DNA from: a virus | Length of the DNA: 64,000 nucleotides | IMG/VR virus record: IMGVR_UViG_3300035698_014029 | Coordinates: 1-64,000 of that record | Direction: 5' to 3' (one strand) | Shown here: positions 18,686-29,159 of the stretch, piece by piece | Layout: each line of letters begins with the position of its first letter | How positions within the stretch are numbered: position 1 is the first letter of the stretch | The notes under the pieces: model-generated | The model's database searches: none | Told to the model about the DNA's origin: nothing | What the model saw: only the letters and a program-made list of their open reading frames with translations | Program-made: the position numbers and the translations under genes

Positions 18686-19395
18686 TGGCTAACATACCTT
18701 TATTAACATTAAAAAAAGTATTAGATGGTTTGATTCAGTGGGTATCTGATAATCAAAATGATACTAATATACCAGAAGATGAGAAATGGCTATATAGAAA
18801 TTTTAATGATGTTGAATTAGGAACATATAAGTTTTTAGACCAATTACAAAATATGGTGTTAAGAACATCTAAAAATGCGAGGAAATTAGAGACAAGATTA
18901 ATGTTCGATATGGATAGAGCTAATTTTCCTACAATTCATATACATTTACCACAAGAAAATGCTGGTGCTCAAAATGCTATAGGTACTAATATTTCAAGTG
19001 AAATGTATTTAAATACAGATAATACTGCAAATTATATACATGGTAGATCTTTTGATTCTTCATATGATTTAATTATTACAAGTGATAATGATATGGAAGT
19101 GATAATGATTTATGAATTTTTAAAATGTTTATTTGTAGCAGCAGCAGAAACATTGGCTGAAAATTTCACTGTTTTTGATTTCTCAGGAAAAGAATTGATA
19201 CCAAATTTTGAAGTTGTTCCTAATGGTGTATATTTTAGAGCATTAACAGTTAAATTAGATCAATTAGTAGAAACACCTAGTATAGTTAAAATAAACACAA
19301 TAACTAATTTTGACAGTATTGTAGGAACACCTGTTGAAGAACTTAATGTCGGTATTGGAGCAATGATAATTGAAAATACATTTATAATATCTTAA
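18685..19395 (+). CDS. Tail terminator-like protein
   Basis: Position before the sheath; FPTIHIHLPQE...YDLIITSDN..EV..IYE.LK. Confidence 0.55.
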   Translation: MANIPLLTLKKVLDGLIQWVSDNQNDTNIPEDEKWLYRNFNDVELGTYKFLDQLQNMVLRTSKNARKLETRLMFDMDRANFPTIHIHLPQENAGAQNAIGTNISSEMYLNTDNTANYIHGRSFDSSYDLIITSDNDMEVIMIYEFLKCLFVAAAETLAENFTVFDFSGKELIPNFEVVPNGVYFRALTVKLDQLVETPSIVKINTITNFDSIVGTPVEELNVGIGAMIIENTFIIS

Positions 19396-19405
19396 ATTTA
19401 AAAAT

Positions 19406-19855
19406 ATGAGTCAAGTTAGCAGAACAGTTTTAAAAACTTATTTCAATACTGGAGATACTCCAAATGAAGCACAATTTGAAAATTTTATTGAAAGTGTACC
19501 TAATATAACAGATGATGAGGCCATAATGCATGTAGCAAAAGCAGAGGTATTATTTTCAAATGTTGCACAAACAACTATTGTAACATTGCCTGCGGATGCG
19601 GTTGTTTGGGCTATATCGTATGAAGTTATAACTGGGTTTAATGATAGTGGAACTAATGTTATTGATTTTGGAGTAACAGGGGATTCAACAAAAATATTCA
19701 CTATGGATGATGGGGATATCGATTCGCCTACTTTTTCAATTGTAAGTACACCTTATAAAACAACTGGTGAAACAATCACATTTCAATATGTAGGACAAAA
19801 TTCAGATGCAACAACAGGAGCAGCATACGTTTATATACATTATACAGAACATTAA
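19406..19855 (+). CDS. Virion decoration/fibre-like protein
   Basis: N-terminal RTVLKTYFNTGDTPNEAQFENFIES (fibre-attachment-like motif) plus TLPADAVV...V.TGFN...TTGAAYVYIHY beta domain. Confidence 0.5.
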   Translation: MSQVSRTVLKTYFNTGDTPNEAQFENFIESVPNITDDEAIMHVAKAEVLFSNVAQTTIVTLPADAVVWAISYEVITGFNDSGTNVIDFGVTGDSTKIFTMDDGDIDSPTFSIVSTPYKTTGETITFQYVGQNSDATTGAAYVYIHYTEH

Positions 19856-19866
19856 AATATAAAAAA

Positions 19867-20040
19867 ATGAAACAGACTAAAGAAATAACTAAGTCACTAA
19901 AATATGATTGTTTACAAATAGCAATAATATTACAATTAGGTAAATTAGATAGAGAAGTTGTAAGGGTTAAATATCCAAAAGAAGTTTTGACAGAAAAACA
20001 ATGGAAAGACCTATTAAAAAAAATTGGTTATAATTTTTAA
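19867..20040 (+). CDS. Small hypothetical protein (57 aa) before the sheath gene
   Basis: Translated by hand: MKQTKEITKSLKYDCLQIAIILQLGKLDREVVRVKYPKEVLTEKQWKDLLKKIGYNF; below the ORF-track cutoff. Confidence 0.5.
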   Translation: MKQTKEITKSLKYDCLQIAIILQLGKLDREVVRVKYPKEVLTEKQWKDLLKKIGYNF

Positions 20041-20114
20041 TTGATATAAATAAATTGTACATTTAACCAATTAAAAAACACATTTGGTACAAAGCGTTAT
20101 GATATTTAAAATAA

Positions 20115-21788
20115 ATGCCAACAAAATTTCGATTTGGAAACAGAACAATAGTTCTTCCAGGATCATATTCAAGAATACTTTCAGGAAGAAATAATCCTCC
20201 ACAAGACTTAGATTATGGAAGAATTTTAATAATAGATAGTCCTAATTTAAATTCTAGTTTAACAACTAAAAATGGAATAATGGGAGGATCAGGAGTAAAT
20301 GGAGCTCTTAAAACAGGTAAAGATTCAATCTATTCATTTAATAGAATTCAAGATTTTCAAGAATTTGTAGGACATGGATGGTGGTATAAAGCTGTTGAAT
20401 TTCTATTTAAACCAGATGGCACTAATTTAGGGGTAAGTAATATAGATGTTATTAAACCTGCAACAACAGTTAATTCATTGTTAACTTTTACTGCTGCTGG
20501 TGCTGCTACTGGAGGTGGGTCTTTTAAAACTAAAACTAGAGATGAAGGAGTGCAAGCTAATGGAGTTATTGATGGAGTAGGAGCAGCTAGTTTATTAACT
20601 ACTGGATATGCATATACTGTTGATTCTGGTGTTATAGATACAGCTAAATGGATATATAAAATTTGGAGAGGAACTTATAGAGGGGCTTATTCAGATACTC
20701 AACCATATAATGAAATTTCAGAAACAGTAGCTCAAAATAGTCCTCAATTAATGGCACAATCTCCTGAATTTGATAATATTCAAGATTTAATAGATTGGGC
20801 TGATACAGATGAAATATATAATTTATATTTTGTAAAAGATACCACAAGTGCTGGAGTAGGAGCAGGAGATGTAATTGCATCTGATGTAACTGCTGTAGTA
20901 GGATATAATGTTTCTGCTGGAGGTACTGAAGTTTATGGAACTACAGATTTAGACGATGCTTTAGAAGCTGTAGCTGATTTAGATTATAATGTTGTAATTA
21001 CAACTTATGCTGATTCTACTTCACCACAAACAGATGCTAATGTTATAAAAATTAAAGCTCATCTTACAGATAGTGATACTTCTTTTACTAAATATTTAAT
21101 GCTTTATGGAGATGACAGTGTATTAGCTACTAATATAACTGCTGCTGCTGCTTTAGATACTGAAAGAGATATATTAACTCATGGAGGTATTCTTAAATTA
21201 GCATCAAAAACTGTTGCACCTACAGGATTAAGAACATGGAGTTCATTTTTCCATATGTGTTATCAATTAGGAAGAATGTTAGGATTAGAACCACAAGTTC
21301 CATTAACATTTAAAACTCTTGATGTTCAAGGATTACAAGATAATTTAACTATTCAAGAGCAAATACGAGCTTTAGATGCTGGTTTGTTATGTACAGTCTT
21401 TGATACATTGGTTAATGATTTCGTTGTTCTTCAAGATGTAAATACATTACAAGCAAATACTGTTACGTTGAATCCTGATGGAACAAGTCATGTAATTCAA
21501 TTTAATAGAATTAAAGCTCAATTAAATAAAGAGCTTAAAATTAATGCACGTAGAGATTTATTAGGAGACCCATTAGGAGTAAATAGAAACACTCTTAGCG
21601 AACAAGCTGTTATTAGTTATGTTAAATCTTATTTAATGCGTAAGATAGCAACTACTAATGATGATAATTTAATTTTAAGTTTCCAAAATGTAAGTGTAAC
21701 TAGAGATCAAGATGCTTATAGCGTAACTTATGAATTTGTTCCTAATGATGAAATTAGAATCTTATTATTTACAGGGTTCGCATTATAA
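20115..21788 (+). CDS. Tail sheath protein
   Basis: MPTKFRFGNRTIVLPGSYSRI...GLEPQVPLTFK...GLL...QDVNTLQ...Y.V.YEFVPNDEI; contractile-tail gene order. Confidence 0.88.
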   Translation: MPTKFRFGNRTIVLPGSYSRILSGRNNPPQDLDYGRILIIDSPNLNSSLTTKNGIMGGSGVNGALKTGKDSIYSFNRIQDFQEFVGHGWWYKAVEFLFKPDGTNLGVSNIDVIKPATTVNSLLTFTAAGAATGGGSFKTKTRDEGVQANGVIDGVGAASLLTTGYAYTVDSGVIDTAKWIYKIWRGTYRGAYSDTQPYNEISETVAQNSPQLMAQSPEFDNIQDLIDWADTDEIYNLYFVKDTTSAGVGAGDVIASDVTAVVGYNVSAGGTEVYGTTDLDDALEAVADLDYNVVITTYADSTSPQTDANVIKIKAHLTDSDTSFTKYLMLYGDDSVLATNITAAAALDTERDILTHGGILKLASKTVAPTGLRTWSSFFHMCYQLGRMLGLEPQVPLTFKTLDVQGLQDNLTIQEQIRALDAGLLCTVFDTLVNDFVVLQDVNTLQANTVTLNPDGTSHVIQFNRIKAQLNKELKINARRDLLGDPLGVNRNTLSEQAVISYVKSYLMRKIATTNDDNLILSFQNVSVTRDQDAYSVTYEFVPNDEIRILLFTGFAL

Positions 21789-21821
21789 TATTTGATAGAA
21801 ATTTTTTATAATATAAAATAA

Positions 21822-22304
21822 ATGCCAGCAAAACAAGTAACAATGACAGCTCCAAGAGCAGTTATAAGTGTAAATGGAAACCCAATTGGATTAATAAGAA
21901 ATTTGAGAGCAACTGAAACTATTCAGCGTGGTTCTGTTATGGGATGTGGTAGACTTACTAAAAAAGAAATGCCAGCTTTATCAATTACCTGTACATGGTC
22001 ATGTGATCAATATTTGATTGATTTAAGTAAAACAGGTATTCCGGGGTTAAATCCTAGAAATGTTAATTCTCGTGAAATATATAAAGATACATTAATATTA
22101 GCTGAAATTTCTGTAGATATTTTAGTTTCTAAAAAAGAAGCAGTTACAACTGAAGATGGTATTGTTACAGAATCAAAAGAAGGTGATTTCTGTACTCTTA
22201 CAGATGTATATTTAAATAGTTCAAGTTGGGATGTTACTGAGAATCAAATCTCAGCACATAATCAATCAGGAGAATATTTAGAGCCAGTTATATTAGCAAA
22301 ATAA
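21822..22304 (+). CDS. Tail tube protein
   Basis: 160 aa immediately after the sheath; MTAPRAVISVNG..IG.IRN...SGEYLEP. Confidence 0.8.
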   Translation: MPAKQVTMTAPRAVISVNGNPIGLIRNLRATETIQRGSVMGCGRLTKKEMPALSITCTWSCDQYLIDLSKTGIPGLNPRNVNSREIYKDTLILAEISVDILVSKKEAVTTEDGIVTESKEGDFCTLTDVYLNSSSWDVTENQISAHNQSGEYLEPVILAK

Positions 22305-22323
22305 ATTAAATAAAAATTAGAAA

Positions 22324-22680
22324 ATGACAGATTCGATTAAATTTGAGATTAAAAGTGTACAATACACTTCTGAAAAAATTAACGTTGGAAGAGTGATGGA
22401 TTTCATGAGAATGAAAACAGCTATTTCTGGTGGAACATATGGTTTGATGTATAGAGAAGCTTTAAAAGCGCATGATGCAGCTTTAATAATGATAGATTGT
22501 GAAGCTTTCTTTACTTCTTTTTGTCCTAAATTTGTAGAAAATTTAAAACCTTCCTCATTCCGAGATTTAGGTCTTAATGATTTTAAGGAAATAAAGGATG
22601 TTTATATAAAAACAATCAAACCTTGGATAGATGATTTGGAAAAAACTTTGGGAGACACTAACGAGGAAGAAAGTAAGTAA
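22324..22680 (+). CDS. Tail assembly chaperone (first)
   Basis: Position between tube and tape measure. Confidence 0.6.
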   Translation: MTDSIKFEIKSVQYTSEKINVGRVMDFMRMKTAISGGTYGLMYREALKAHDAALIMIDCEAFFTSFCPKFVENLKPSSFRDLGLNDFKEIKDVYIKTIKPWIDDLEKTLGDTNEEESK

Positions 22681-23008
22681 CTATAATCCTATTATCCTAA
22701 ATGAAATAGACAAGAATTATCCAAAAGACTTTATTTACGAATGGAATCATAAATTCCCTATTGATAGATGGTGGAGGCAAAAACATAAAGTTGCGTTTAA
22801 TTCTTCTATTCATAGGGAAATTTCTTTTATAGATATGCGTATGGAATGGGAAGAAGATATTTTATTTAATAAGATATCTAAAGATTTTGAATACATTCCT
22901 AATATAGGTGATTTTATGAAAGAGAATACTGATATTAGAACTGAAGAAGAAAGAGATATTGATTTCCAAAATGAATTCAATAATACATTTAAAAAAAATT
23001 CGGATTAA
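22631..23008 (+). CDS. Tail assembly chaperone (second; start uncertain)
   Basis: WNHKFPIDRWWRQKHKVAFNS..HRE motif; overlaps the upstream gene by 50 nt in the +1 frame. Confidence 0.55.
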   Translation: MIWKKLWETLTRKKVSNYNPIILNEIDKNYPKDFIYEWNHKFPIDRWWRQKHKVAFNSSIHREISFIDMRMEWEEDILFNKISKDFEYIPNIGDFMKENTDIRTEEERDIDFQNEFNNTFKKNSD

Positions 23009-23028
23009 CTTAATAACGATGAATAATT

Positions 23029-24924
23029 GTGGCTGATGAAAAAAGGATAGGGGTAAGTATTGACACTTCCGGTTACGATGAAGGATTTAATAGAATTCAA
23101 CGTAGAGCTGATGAGTTAGCTACGGATATGATTCGTAATTCTCGTGAAATGGGTCAATCTTCTAAAGACATAATTAAAGATTTAGAAGAACAAATTCGAA
23201 TTATAGAAAGAAGAAATAAATTAGCTTCTCAGTATAAACAAGAACAATTAGAAGTAGGTAGATTACGTGGAGATGTATCTCAAGAAAAATTTCAAACAGG
23301 TCAAAGACAAATAAAAATTGAGACTTCAGAAGAGAAAATGCATACTTCTCTTTTGAAAGAAATAGCTGATAATATAAAATCAGGAGATAAAGACAGATTA
23401 AGAGAATCTAGAAGTAGTTCTGAGAGACTTTATGAAGGTATAAAATCTGATGAATTAAAAGAAGCTGGGCTAGAAGAGGGAGATGCAGGAGAACCGGGAG
23501 TTAATAGACCTACTAAAGGTAAAAGAGCAGGTGGAGGAGTATATGGTGTTGGTTATACTAATAAAATAGTAGGAGCTGGTAACATTTATGAAACAGGAGC
23601 AGGAGTATTGGCAGAGGGTACTCGTAGAGGGATGGGTTTAGCTGGAATGGGTTTAGTTGGAACATTAAGTGCTTTAGGTGTTGGAAAAGCTATTCAAGCT
23701 GCTTTTCCTTATGAAAAAGCTTTAGGAGAAAGTGCAGCTATATCAGGAGGAAGTTATTCTAATTATCAAGGATTTTTAAGAGATCAAGGTGAGCGAATGG
23801 GTTTTGGAATGGAAGAAACTCTAGGAAGAAGAGGTGATATAGCTAGAGCAAGAATGTCTAGTAAAGAAGTAGCAAGTAAAACATTAGAATCTTTACAATT
23901 AGAAAGATTAAATTTTGATCCATCTTTATTAATAGGAATGGAAACACTTACTCGAAGTGGTGGACAAGGAGCAATGGAAAGTACTCAACAAATGTATGCT
24001 GCTTTAAAATCTACAGGAGTAATAAAAGGAGAAGGTATAGAAGCTATGCCTGAATATTTACAAACATTAGTTTCAATAAGTCAAGATCAACTTAAAACTT
24101 TAGGACATGTAAGTGATGGTAATATTCAAATGATTGCTGGGATTTCTAATTTAGATGAATCTTTTAAAAATCCAGTTGTTTTACAACAAGTAATGGGTCA
24201 AATTTATCAAGGACTAACTACTGCACAAACACCTCAACAAGAGGCATTACAAATGAACGTATTAAGTAAAATACGTCCGGGACAATCATTATTTGATTAT
24301 CAAGTAATGAGAGAAAATCCTTTTGCAAAAGAAAATCGTCAATATCTTCCTATGATAATGCAAACATTGGAAGATATGAGTATGGGAAATGAATCTCTTT
24401 TTGGAAGTCAAATAAGGGGATATTTTGGAGGATCAGCGACAATAGCAAAAAAGATGAGAGGTGGTTGGGAAAAAGGAACTTTAGTATCAGATATAGAGGC
24501 AGAATATGGAGAAGGAAAAGATTCTTTAGGTATAAAAGAACGAGTTGAAGGTGCAACTCCTAAATTATTAAAATCTATGAAAGAATTTAATAATTTCTTT
24601 GCAGTAGGAGGAGAAAAATTAATATCTGAAATGACAGATATTACAACTGGTTTTATAGATACAGTTGTAGCTATAAAGAGCTATATAGAAACAATGAAAG
24701 AGTTAAATGAATTAGAAAAAACAAATTATAAATTAGCTAAAGAAAAACAAGAAATACTTATTGCGGAAATTGATGCAAATGTAAGTCCTTATGATGCAGC
24801 TATGGCTAGAGCATATTTAAATTTTGGAGATACTACACCAGAACAAAAACTTGTTAGAGAACTTGCTAAAGATGCAGCTAAACAATTTGTAGAAGAATTA
24901 AAGAAAATGTTACCGTTTAATTAA
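23029..24924 (+). CDS. Tape measure protein
   Basis: GTG start; helical, G/A-rich middle with a hydrophobic stretch; follows the chaperones. Confidence 0.7.
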   Translation: MADEKRIGVSIDTSGYDEGFNRIQRRADELATDMIRNSREMGQSSKDIIKDLEEQIRIIERRNKLASQYKQEQLEVGRLRGDVSQEKFQTGQRQIKIETSEEKMHTSLLKEIADNIKSGDKDRLRESRSSSERLYEGIKSDELKEAGLEEGDAGEPGVNRPTKGKRAGGGVYGVGYTNKIVGAGNIYETGAGVLAEGTRRGMGLAGMGLVGTLSALGVGKAIQAAFPYEKALGESAAISGGSYSNYQGFLRDQGERMGFGMEETLGRRGDIARARMSSKEVASKTLESLQLERLNFDPSLLIGMETLTRSGGQGAMESTQQMYAALKSTGVIKGEGIEAMPEYLQTLVSISQDQLKTLGHVSDGNIQMIAGISNLDESFKNPVVLQQVMGQIYQGLTTAQTPQQEALQMNVLSKIRPGQSLFDYQVMRENPFAKENRQYLPMIMQTLEDMSMGNESLFGSQIRGYFGGSATIAKKMRGGWEKGTLVSDIEAEYGEGKDSLGIKERVEGATPKLLKSMKEFNNFFAVGGEKLISEMTDITTGFIDTVVAIKSYIETMKELNELEKTNYKLAKEKQEILIAEIDANVSPYDAAMARAYLNFGDTTPEQKLVRELAKDAAKQFVEELKKMLPFN

Positions 24925-24933
24925 AATTAGAAA

Positions 24934-27081
24934 ATGGCATTAGATTATAAAATATATCCCTTCTGTGATAGTTCAATTACAACTGTTGATGAGTTTTTAA
25001 ATGCTTCTAATTCTATAATGAGGTTTTTTATAGGAAAGGAAAGAGATTTTTTAGATTTTCAAGATGAGAATGGTGTATTTAATTCTGAACAAATATGGGG
25101 AGCTTATGATGATGATCAACGAGAAGAATATCCTGATTTTACAACTATAGATAAAGATTCTCCATTAAATGTAGGAACTGTTTTATATCTTCCTAAAGAT
25201 TATATGAATAACGAATTAACAGAGTTAATAGGGGCTGGTCACTTCTATAAAAAACAGAATTATAATGCGTTTTTAGGCGATAAATTACAAAAGCTACTTA
25301 CTGATCCAGATTATGTAAAATCTTCAAGGATTGAGTCTATTTCGGGTAAATCTGATGTAAATTATGTACAGTTGTTTTCTCAAGTATGGATTTATATAAG
25401 AGCTTTAAATAGAATTATAGATATAACTCCTTTTATAAATGATTTAAATACTACCGTATCTAAAGGAGGAGGAGGTTTTTCTTTTTCTTTATCTCCAATA
25501 AATGATTTAACTACTTTATTATATACCAGTACAACAGTAATAAATTATTTACAAATAGAAAAAGATAATTTTGTTCAACCATTTTTTCATAAATATATTC
25601 AACAAAATGATATTGTTTTTATAAGTTTTGAAGAATTAGAATTTGAAAAAGAAGGAAGAATTTTAAAAGATATAGAAAATTTAGATATAAGTGAAACAAA
25701 ACTTCCTAGTCAAAATTTTGATATGATAGGGTTAGTAGATGAAAATGGATTATCATATAGTTCAATTTCAAATGAACCTGAAATAAATATATCAGGTAGA
25801 GATTTTACTAAATTATTAACTGAAGATGGAAGTTATTTTTATCCATATGCTTTAGTAAAAGGGAGTGCAGATTTTTTTGTAAATAGCAAACAAGACAGTA
25901 GATTTGAAAATAGAATTTTTGTAAATGGTGAACTTGCAATATTATTTGCTTATTCATTAAGGTCTATTAGAGATACATTAGGTTTTATATTTAATCAATT
26001 AACCAATGTAGGAGTATTACCAGATAATGTTGATTTATTTAGTAATTATGGAAAAGAAAAAACTAAAAAGAAAAAAATAAATGGAGGAAATAAAAACTAT
26101 TTAAAATCAGTAGAAGTAAAAGGTGTATGGGAAATAGTTGATTTTGTCGTAGATGAAGCTGTAGATGATAGAACAGTAGCTAATTCGGGAATAACTAAAC
26201 CAGATGGAACATTACTTGAACAAGTAAATAAAATATGTCAAGATCCATTTGTAGAATTTTTTGGAGATACATATGGAAATAAATATACTTTTATAGCAAG
26301 ACAACCTATTTTTACTAGAAGTCAAATAACTGATTTTATAAAAAATACTAATTTAATAAGAATTACAGCTCAAGATGTAGGACAAATTAATTTGAATTGG
26401 GAAACAGAATATTATTCTATGTATCAAATTCAACCACAAAATTCGTTTTTAGGTAAGAGTGATTTTATAGCTTTGGCGCATATTCCTGTTGTATATTTTC
26501 CAGAATATGTAAATTCTTTTGGAAATCATAGAAAAATAGTTCCATGTAATTATATATCGTATCAAGCATTAAATGGAGAAAAAGGGAGAACTAATACAGA
26601 TTTATTTAGATCTGCTATTGTAAATGATTTTGCTTATATAATAGAAACTAATATGTATTTACCATTTACAAGAAGAGGTTCTATAACAATTGAGGGAGGA
26701 GATAGAAGAATAAAAAGAGGAACATGGGTATTATTTGAACCTACAGATGAATTATTTTACGTTGACAGTGTTAATAATACCATGAATACATCTATGACTG
26801 ATTTACAAAGACAAACAAGGTTAAATGTAAGTAGAGGAATGAAAATGGATTATATTAACCCTAAACCAAAAGAGACAGATAATCCAGAGAATAGGTGGCT
26901 TAAAGCAGGAGAAAAAGAAATTGCTACTAAACCTAGTTATTTTGATATTATAAATACAGATATAATTTCTAAAACTTTAAAAAATGCATTTTCTGGAAAA
27001 CAAATTAATAAAGATCAAACAGAATTAATATTAGATGAAGATATTTTTAATTTCTTTTTACAAAGAAAACAAATGGGATAA
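24934..27081 (+). CDS. Baseplate hub protein
   Basis: IDITPFI...QQNDIVFI.FE...DMIGLVD...ISGRDFTKLL...PFVEFFGD...RGSITIEGGDRRIKRG...FYVDSV...SRG. Confidence 0.7.
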   Translation: MALDYKIYPFCDSSITTVDEFLNASNSIMRFFIGKERDFLDFQDENGVFNSEQIWGAYDDDQREEYPDFTTIDKDSPLNVGTVLYLPKDYMNNELTELIGAGHFYKKQNYNAFLGDKLQKLLTDPDYVKSSRIESISGKSDVNYVQLFSQVWIYIRALNRIIDITPFINDLNTTVSKGGGGFSFSLSPINDLTTLLYTSTTVINYLQIEKDNFVQPFFHKYIQQNDIVFISFEELEFEKEGRILKDIENLDISETKLPSQNFDMIGLVDENGLSYSSISNEPEINISGRDFTKLLTEDGSYFYPYALVKGSADFFVNSKQDSRFENRIFVNGELAILFAYSLRSIRDTLGFIFNQLTNVGVLPDNVDLFSNYGKEKTKKKKINGGNKNYLKSVEVKGVWEIVDFVVDEAVDDRTVANSGITKPDGTLLEQVNKICQDPFVEFFGDTYGNKYTFIARQPIFTRSQITDFIKNTNLIRITAQDVGQINLNWETEYYSMYQIQPQNSFLGKSDFIALAHIPVVYFPEYVNSFGNHRKIVPCNYISYQALNGEKGRTNTDLFRSAIVNDFAYIIETNMYLPFTRRGSITIEGGDRRIKRGTWVLFEPTDELFYVDSVNNTMNTSMTDLQRQTRLNVSRGMKMDYINPKPKETDNPENRWLKAGEKEIATKPSYFDIINTDIISKTLKNAFSGKQINKDQTELILDEDIFNFFLQRKQMG

Positions 27082-27085
27082 AATT

Positions 27086-27117
27086 TTTGGAGATAAGATA
27101 TAATTTATATACTTTTG
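27086..27117 (+). promoter_or_regulatory. Bacteroidota-type sigma-A promoter (-33 TTTG / -7 TACTTTTG) with AAGATATA box
   Basis: TTTG 27086-89, 20-nt spacer, TAnnTTTG 27110-17; AAGATATA 27095-102. Confidence 0.75.
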
Positions 27118-27155
27118 AATAATAAATAAAATTAATAATTATAAAAAGAAATATA

Positions 27156-27494
27156 ATGAAATATACAGTAGACTATAAACAAAGTAATAAAGTTGAAAAT
27201 TATTCTTTATGTGATGGCATTATATATGATTGTTTATTAGATCAAACTCCATTCGGTGAAATGGTTTATATTATTCCATTTTTAATTGATGAAAATAAAA
27301 ATTTTATAAATACTGATATTATAAAATTTAATACTGCTATTATTTGTTTTAATATAAAAAAGGGGTTTATTATTGAAACGATAGATGATATATATAATAT
27401 TTATGATAATAATAACAATATCATAGCGAAAAATCTTATTTATAAAAGAACATTTCCACTTATAGATATTAATGGTAAAATATTAGAAAAGTAA
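27156..27494 (+). CDS. Hypothetical protein (island gene 1)
   Basis: 112-aa, very AT-rich ORF directly behind the promoter. Confidence 0.45.
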   Translation: MKYTVDYKQSNKVENYSLCDGIIYDCLLDQTPFGEMVYIIPFLIDENKNFINTDIIKFNTAIICFNIKKGFIIETIDDIYNIYDNNNNIIAKNLIYKRTFPLIDINGKILEK

Positions 27495-27502
27495 TAAATA
27501 AA

Positions 27503-27886
27503 ATGGATATTTCAAAAGATTATATAGAAATGTGCTCAAAAGCACAAGAAATACAGGGGTTAAAAAATAAATACATAAATAAAGACAATAAAGACTTTTT
27601 TTATGTTATAGATAAAGATGGAATATATACTCCATGTATTAAAAGTAAGTTTATATATGTTTCATATGGTAAAATAGTTTGGCTTCCAAGACAGGATCAA
27701 TTACAAGAGATAACAGAACTTACTCCTTTAGGGTGTGTAAGATTATTGCGCCATACAGTAGAAGAAGTAAGAGAAGGAGAATATGATAAATTCATATCTA
27801 TGGAGCGAATATGGTTAGCGATAGTTATGGATTGTATATATGATAAAAAATGGAATCCAGAAATTAAAGAGTGGGAGAAAGAGTAA
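27503..27886 (+). CDS. MDISK-family paralog 1 (unknown function)
   Basis: MDISKDYIEMCSKAQEIQ...VWLPRQDQLQE...SMERIWLAIVM...YDKKWN.EIKEWE. Confidence 0.7.
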   Translation: MDISKDYIEMCSKAQEIQGLKNKYINKDNKDFFYVIDKDGIYTPCIKSKFIYVSYGKIVWLPRQDQLQEITELTPLGCVRLLRHTVEEVREGEYDKFISMERIWLAIVMDCIYDKKWNPEIKEWEKE

Positions 27887-28335
27887 TGAAAATAACAAAT
27901 GTAACAATAGTAGGTGATTTATTACCTGAAGGAATGGAACTTAGTTCTTCTAAAGATATTCAAAATAACGAAGAGATTATAGGATATATAAAAATACCTT
28001 ATCAAAAGAAAATTAAAAAAGATTTTAAGTGGAACGTAAAGGGATATTTTAATAAAAATACTGATATATTTAAAACTGATTATAAAGAATTAATTATAGA
28101 TAATATAATGAGTGAAACAAATTTTCTTTATCAAAAATGGGAGATTATTCCTTTTGGAATTAGAGTGGGTATTTTGAAATTTATTTGTGATGATATTAAA
28201 TATAGTTGGATAGATTCTTTATATCATATAAGACAAGATGATTTGTTAACACATATAAGTATTGAGTTATTAATATCAGGACTTTGTCCTAAATCATTTA
28301 TAAAATCATTTAATAATGACTTTAAATATCATTAA
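27886..28335 (+). CDS. MKIT-family paralog 1 (unknown function)
   Basis: ATG 27886 overlaps the upstream TAA; similar to the C-terminal part of ORF 56169. Confidence 0.6.
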   Translation: MKITNVTIVGDLLPEGMELSSSKDIQNNEEIIGYIKIPYQKKIKKDFKWNVKGYFNKNTDIFKTDYKELIIDNIMSETNFLYQKWEIIPFGIRVGILKFICDDIKYSWIDSLYHIRQDDLLTHISIELLISGLCPKSFIKSFNNDFKYH

Positions 28336-28436
28336 ATAAACTTTGGGATTTTAAAAATAAAGAATATTGGATATGTAAGGACTGTAATGAAAAATTTAAT
28401 TTTAAACCAATTTAAAAATAAGACATATTATTAATA

Positions 28437-28664
28437 ATGGACAATATGAAAAAAAATAAATTTGATAAAATTTTAAAATTAGTACCAAAAGAATATAAAT
28501 ATTGGATAAATTTAGAAGATCAAGAAAAATATATAAAAGCAATAAAAAAGATATTTAAAAATAAAAATGATAGAATGATTTTGGATAAATATAAGTATAT
28601 AGGATTTCCACCTATTTGTCCAAATTACAAAGAAATAGCGAAAGATTATGAATTAAATATATAA
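28437..28664 (+). CDS. Hypothetical protein
   Basis: 75-aa basic ORF in the island. Confidence 0.4.
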   Translation: MDNMKKNKFDKILKLVPKEYKYWINLEDQEKYIKAIKKIFKNKNDRMILDKYKYIGFPPICPNYKEIAKDYELNI

Positions 28665-28681
28665 AAAATTGGATAAATAAA

Positions 28682-29131
28682 ATGGACGTTTCGAAAGAAT
28701 ACATAGAAATGTGCTCAAAAGCACAAGAAGTACAAGAATATAAAAAAGGTTTATTTTGTGAATTATGTTTAGATATTAAACTTTGTGGAAATTTTTTTTG
28801 GGATAGGTATTGGGAAGAAATAATGATGTCAAATTGTGGTTTTTGTAAAAATAATTTAACCTTTACAAGATTTGATAACTTTCATAAAGATATTAAAATT
28901 ACCAATCCTATAGATGTTTTAATTTGGCTTCCAAGAATAGATCAATTAAAAGAAATTTATGGAGAAAATTTTGGAGGAATTCTTAGTAAATTATTATCTC
29001 CTATTCAAGATGACTATGCTTCTTATTATTCAAAATTTGGGTGGAATAATTTTGAACAAATGTTATTAGCTTTTATTATGAAGGAAAAGCATAATAAACA
29101 ATGGAATAGGGAAACAAGAGAATGGGAATAG
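28682..29131 (+). CDS. MDISK-family paralog 2
   Basis: MDVSKEYIEMCSKAQEVQ...IWLPRIDQLKE...FEQMLLAFIMKEKHNKQWN..TREWE. Confidence 0.7.
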   Translation: MDVSKEYIEMCSKAQEVQEYKKGLFCELCLDIKLCGNFFWDRYWEEIMMSNCGFCKNNLTFTRFDNFHKDIKITNPIDVLIWLPRIDQLKEIYGENFGGILSKLLSPIQDDYASYYSKFGWNNFEQMLLAFIMKEKHNKQWNRETREWE

Positions 29132-29159
29132 TTTAATAAAGGAGATATAAAAATTAATT

